Shown here: positions 60,937-64,000 of the stretch, one piece after another
How the letters are laid out: every line of letters starts with the position of its first letter
Position numbering within the stretch: the stretch's first letter is position 1
Program-made: the position numbers and the translations under genes
The notes under the pieces: model-generated
What the model was told of the DNA's origin: nothing
What the model saw: only the letters and a program-made list of their open reading frames with translations
The model's database searches: none
IMG/VR virus record: IMGVR_UViG_3300021364_000001
Location: 1-64,000 of that record
Length of the DNA: 64,000 nucleotides
Origin: a virus
Strand: one strand, 5' to 3'

Positions 60937-61853
60937 CAGTCGTTAGCGAGTTTGGCAAAGTATTCAAGGTCAGGATCGCTGTCCTCACTCAATGATTCTA
61001 CACTCTTACCAAACCCAGCACGGAAGGATGAGGTCGGTTCGCTAGGTGTCACATCGGGAGCGTTGAAGTCGTTCACGATGGGATCCTGCTCTTCCTCTTC
61101 GACTCGTGCAGCACGGGAGGTCTTGCCAAGGACAAGGTTCAGACGTGCTTCCAGTTCTTCGTAGGACTTGAAGTTCTTGGGGTCAGTGAAGTCAGCAAGA
61201 GAGTATTGCTGATTGTAGATTTCTTCGAGTTTATCATCATCAAAGTCACCCAGTGTGCTAGCAGCAGCGAACTCAGAACGATCGTAGTTCCAGTAACCAT
61301 CTTGCTTGACGATCTTCAACTTGAAGTCAGCACCTTCCCAGAAGCAGAAGGGATTGATGGGTTTCTCGTCCTCGAACTGAGGTTTCATTGCCTCAACGAT
61401 CTTGTCGTGAATCTTCTTACCATACTTGTAGAGGAAGACACGACCCTCGTTCTCAGGGTGAAGGGGATCCTTGACAACATAGATGTTAGAGTAGTAAGAC
61501 AGTTTACGCTTCTGCTTACGAGCAATCTCCTTGTCAGAATCAAGACCACTGTTCCAGAGGACTCGGTTCAGGTCACCAAGAGGATCCTTCTGACCGAGAG
61601 TAGTCAGGGAGTTCTCGATGTACCAACCACCAGGACCTTGGAAGGCGTGAGACCAGACCTGTGCCCAGGGCAGATCCTCACCAGTGGGAGCAGGAAGGAA
61701 GCGGATGACAGCATAACCGTTGCCTGCTTTGTCCACCTCTGGTTTCCAGAGGCGTTCGTCGGGACCATTGCCCGAACCTTTGCTCATCTTGTCCAGTTCC
61801 TTAGTCAGAGCGGCGATAGAACCGCTGGACTTTTTGAGCGATGCGAAAGACAT
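60936..61853 (-). CDS. gp32: Single-stranded DNA-binding protein gp32
   Basis: DERLWKP..DKAGNGYAVIRFLP...WYIENSLTT.G..DP...GRVFLYKYGKKI; acidic C-terminus. Confidence 0.97.
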   Translation of the reverse strand: MSFASLKKSSGSIAALTKELDKMSKGSGNGPDERLWKPEVDKAGNGYAVIRFLPAPTGEDLPWAQVWSHAFQGPGGWYIENSLTTLGQKDPLGDLNRVLWNSGLDSDKEIARKQKRKLSYYSNIYVVKDPLHPENEGRVFLYKYGKKIHDKIVEAMKPQFEDEKPINPFCFWEGADFKLKIVKQDGYWNYDRSEFAAASTLGDFDDDKLEEIYNQQYSLADFTDPKNFKSYEELEARLNLVLGKTSRAARVEEEEQDPIVNDFNAPDVTPSEPTSSFRAGFGKSVESLSEDSDPDLEYFAKLAND

Positions 61854-61945
61854 TGTATTCTCCGTGTGTGTTTTGTATTTGGTCTGTGTACCCCGAAGGG
61901 TACTGTATTTAGGCGAGGAGAAGGAGCACTCCTGACCACCCCAAT

Positions 61946-61974
61946 AATATACGGCATGAAAAAGGGGGTGTCAA
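61946..61974 (-). promoter_or_regulatory. sigma70-type promoter for gp32 (TTGACA-17-TATATT), -35 inside a GGGGG/CCCCC hairpin
   Basis: Plus strand aatata 61946-51 and tgtcaa 61969-74. Confidence 0.75.
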
Positions 61975-62336
61975 CCCCCTCCTTGTAGTTCTTTTTTCCA
62001 ACCGATCAACTTGTCTTCCATGACCTGTAAGATCGCTAGCAGGTTGCCCTGCCCTCCTGTGTAGAGGGATGACACCATGTCAATCCGATCCTTCATGCTC
62101 TTGACTTCGGACTCGTCGTCCCCTTCTTCTTCCACATAGTTTGCCATCATCTCCAAGCGAGAGTAGAAAACTTTCTGCTTAGCAATAAGTTCTAGTGTCT
62201 TGTTGATGTGTTCGATCTTTTGACCAGGATCAAAGTTCTCAAAGTCCTGAGACATTTTGAGTAGGTCAGTGTATGTTGATTGCAATTCGTTCAGTTCTTC
62301 TTGAACGATTTCTGACTTAAAGAATTCGTCAGTCAT
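61971..62336 (-). CDS. Cyanophage conserved protein (DUF1825-like)
   Basis: MTDEFFKSEIVQEEL.E.Q..Y; start at 62336. Confidence 0.8.
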   Translation of the reverse strand: MTDEFFKSEIVQEELNELQSTYTDLLKMSQDFENFDPGQKIEHINKTLELIAKQKVFYSRLEMMANYVEEEGDDESEVKSMKDRIDMVSSLYTGGQGNLLAILQVMEDKLIGWKKELQGGG

Positions 62337-62653
62337 AGTTTTCCTCCTACCACGCCACTGTTTACGACGCGGGTGTAATCGTCTAGTGATCCATCCTGAA
62401 TACATTTCAGATGCCAACGAGAGATTTGAAGCACTGCTTCTTCTGTTGGTCCAGTGATGAAGTGTTGACCCAGTGGTTCTTTCAGGATGGATGTGTAAAG
62501 ACCAAAGCGTGTCTTCTTAATGTAGAAAGCATCATCAATCCACTCAACGTCCAGAGGGATCTCCTTCTCTACTGTACCACCAAAGGATTGGGAGAGTTTA
62601 GAGCGGAAGGATTCCACGACTGGTTCGTTTGATGCAGTTGAGTTGTTGGGCAT
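62333..62653 (-). CDS. Hypothetical protein
   Basis: DDAFYIKKTRFGLYTS....G....TG.T.E.V...SRW.LK..Q. Confidence 0.75.
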   Translation of the reverse strand: MPNNSTASNEPVVESFRSKLSQSFGGTVEKEIPLDVEWIDDAFYIKKTRFGLYTSILKEPLGQHFITGPTEEAVLQISRWHLKCIQDGSLDDYTRVVNSGVVGGKL

Positions 62654-62843
62654 TGGCTTTGATCTTGTCTTTGAGTGGTTTGCTGATAAGTTTACCTACC
62701 ATTTCAAACTCGATCTCATACTCTTCACAGACTGATGCAACTGCTTCGATGTAGTTGATGAGACCGTTGTTGTTCTGTACGGTGTGTTCAACCAGTGCGC
62801 TGAACTTGTTCTGAGTCATGAAGTTTTCTTCTAGTTCTTTCAC
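62598..62843 (-). CDS. gp33: Late-promoter transcription co-activator gp33
   Basis: F.T..KFS..VE......NYIEAV...CEE.EIE...V.KLISKPLK.KI...A..LN; GTG start overlaps the upstream TGA. Confidence 0.9.
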   Translation of the reverse strand: MKELEENFMTQNKFSALVEHTVQNNNGLINYIEAVASVCEEYEIEFEMVGKLISKPLKDKIKANAQQLNCIKRTSRGILPL

Positions 62844-63523
62844 TTGATACTCTCCTGAAAGAATCGATAGTCTTTGATCCATTGGCAGAGCGTATCAATG
62901 TATGGTATCTTATCATACTTTTCAACGACCTGCGTCTGTCCGTCTTCCGCAACAGAAAGTGTCACAAGTTTCTTGACCTCAACACCAGTGCGTTCCCAAT
63001 ACATGTAAGCATACGCTGCTTCCTGTACGAAATACTTCTCCAACCAGGACTCCTGTTTGAGTTCCTTAGTTGTCTTGAAGTCAATGATTGCTAGATCGCC
63101 ATCAAACTCAGCAATACAGTCAACACGACCAGCAATGCATAGATCATCAGAATAAAGAGGGGCTTCAAGAACGTGAACATTATCAATACGATCAAGCACC
63201 TCACGAGCAGCCCTGAAAAGGATCGCGGGTAGACCCGTGCTCTCTTTAACTGCTTCCAGATTCCCTTTGATGTAGTTCTCGACGATGCCATGATACTTGG
63301 TGCCTCTCCATGATGATGTGCGACGGATCTTCTCTGCCTCAGTCCAACCTACCTTCTTCTCCCACTTCCTGATACCCTCGATGGATTGATGACCAACGAC
63401 AGTAGTCACAGAGGGATACCAGTTTCCGTTTGGTGCTTTGTAGAAGCGACCTTTCTCACCTGTCCTGCTTTCAAGTTCTTTTAACTCAGAAGCAGGACCC
63501 ACATGATTAAATGTCTTCATCAA
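62840..63523 (-). CDS. PD-(D/E)XK exonuclease
   Basis: YPSVTTV...RGTKYH...E..LYS....AGRVDCIAEFDG.LAIIDFKT...YFVQ.AAY. Confidence 0.9.
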   Translation of the reverse strand: MMKTFNHVGPASELKELESRTGEKGRFYKAPNGNWYPSVTTVVGHQSIEGIRKWEKKVGWTEAEKIRRTSSWRGTKYHGIVENYIKGNLEAVKESTGLPAILFRAAREVLDRIDNVHVLEAPLYSDDLCIAGRVDCIAEFDGDLAIIDFKTTKELKQESWLEKYFVQEAAYAYMYWERTGVEVKKLVTLSVAEDGQTQVVEKYDKIPYIDTLCQWIKDYRFFQESIK

Positions 63524-63999
63524 TTAAAACCGAGATTATTTTTGGAGATAAGGTACTCACGAACGATACCAGAACGTACGATGTCTTCAATCCCAAACTC
63601 CACACACTCAAACGAGGGCATGGTTTGAAGGATCTTCATGAAGTCTAGCACACCAGTGCGCTCGTTGCTCTTGATGAGGTCAGACTGGGTGTAGTCACCA
63701 GAGAAAATAATCTTGGCGTCTTCACCGACACGGGTGATGATAGAGTCTAGTTCATGGAAGTTCAGGTTAGAGAACTCATCCACAATTATAATGCACTTGT
63801 CAAGGGTGACACCACGAATGAATGACGTGGACCAGAATGAGACAGTCTCTTGTGCTCTGAGATTATCGTAGAGCATCTCGAAACTATTATCATCAGGCAT
63901 GGTGAACATGTACTTCACCATATTCTTGTATGGAATCTGGTACAGGTTACTCTTATCCTCGTGATCACCAGGCAAGAACCCGATCTCCCTGGTAGGCAC
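63520..63999 (-). CDS. phoH: PhoH family ATPase (5' end outside window)
   Basis: REIGFLPG....K...YQ.PY...STSFIRG.TLD..IIIVDEF.NLNFHELDSIITR.GE..KI.F.GD..Q.DL. Confidence 0.95.
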   Translation of the reverse strand: MPTREIGFLPGDHEDKSNLYQIPYKNMVKYMFTMPDDNSFEMLYDNLRAQETVSFWSTSFIRGVTLDKCIIIVDEFSNLNFHELDSIITRVGEDAKIIFSGDYTQSDLIKSNERTGVLDFMKILQTMPSFECVEFGIEDIVRSGIVREYLISKNNLGFN

Positions 64000-64000
64000 C

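Noticed and set aside
62840-63523. Cas4 call for the exonuclease
   Set aside because: It lacks the four-Cys Fe-S motif and has no CRISPR context; it sits in the usual phoH-exonuclease-gp33 neighbourhood.
1-64000. Introns, inteins, recoded stop codons or programmed frameshifts
   Set aside because: Recognisable genes read through intact in the standard code, and I saw no intein splice motifs or broken frames. A profile search could still find subtle cases.

Overview
64 kb segment of a T4-like marine cyanophage (Synechococcus/Prochlorococcus myovirus). Nearly all genes are on the minus strand. Left to right: baseplate wedge module (gp7-like partial, gp6, gp25, PAAR/gp5.4-like, a 1470-aa structural protein); a ~10 kb island of small early genes with repeated sigma70-type promoter cassettes, containing a cluster of DnaA boxes beside an AT-rich tract; an operon of six Fe(II)/2OG-type oxygenases and a flavin-dependent halogenase directly downstream of Gly-rich tail-fibre genes; large tail/baseplate proteins; tRNA-Asn and tRNA-Thr; gp5, cpeT, cp12, a gp27-like hub and two paralogous tape-measure-like proteins with different peptidoglycan hydrolase domains; gp51, gp26, tube-like protein, gp2, gp4, then gp48 and gp53 on the plus strand; glutaredoxin-like gene, gp32, gp33, exonuclease and partial phoH. 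All family assignments come from motif recognition by eye; no database search was run. The best second-look candidates are the DnaA-box/AT-rich/divergent-promoter element near 14.64-14.88 kb, the halogenase-oxygenase operon coupled to the fibre genes, and the repeated palindrome-plus-extended -10 promoter cassette.
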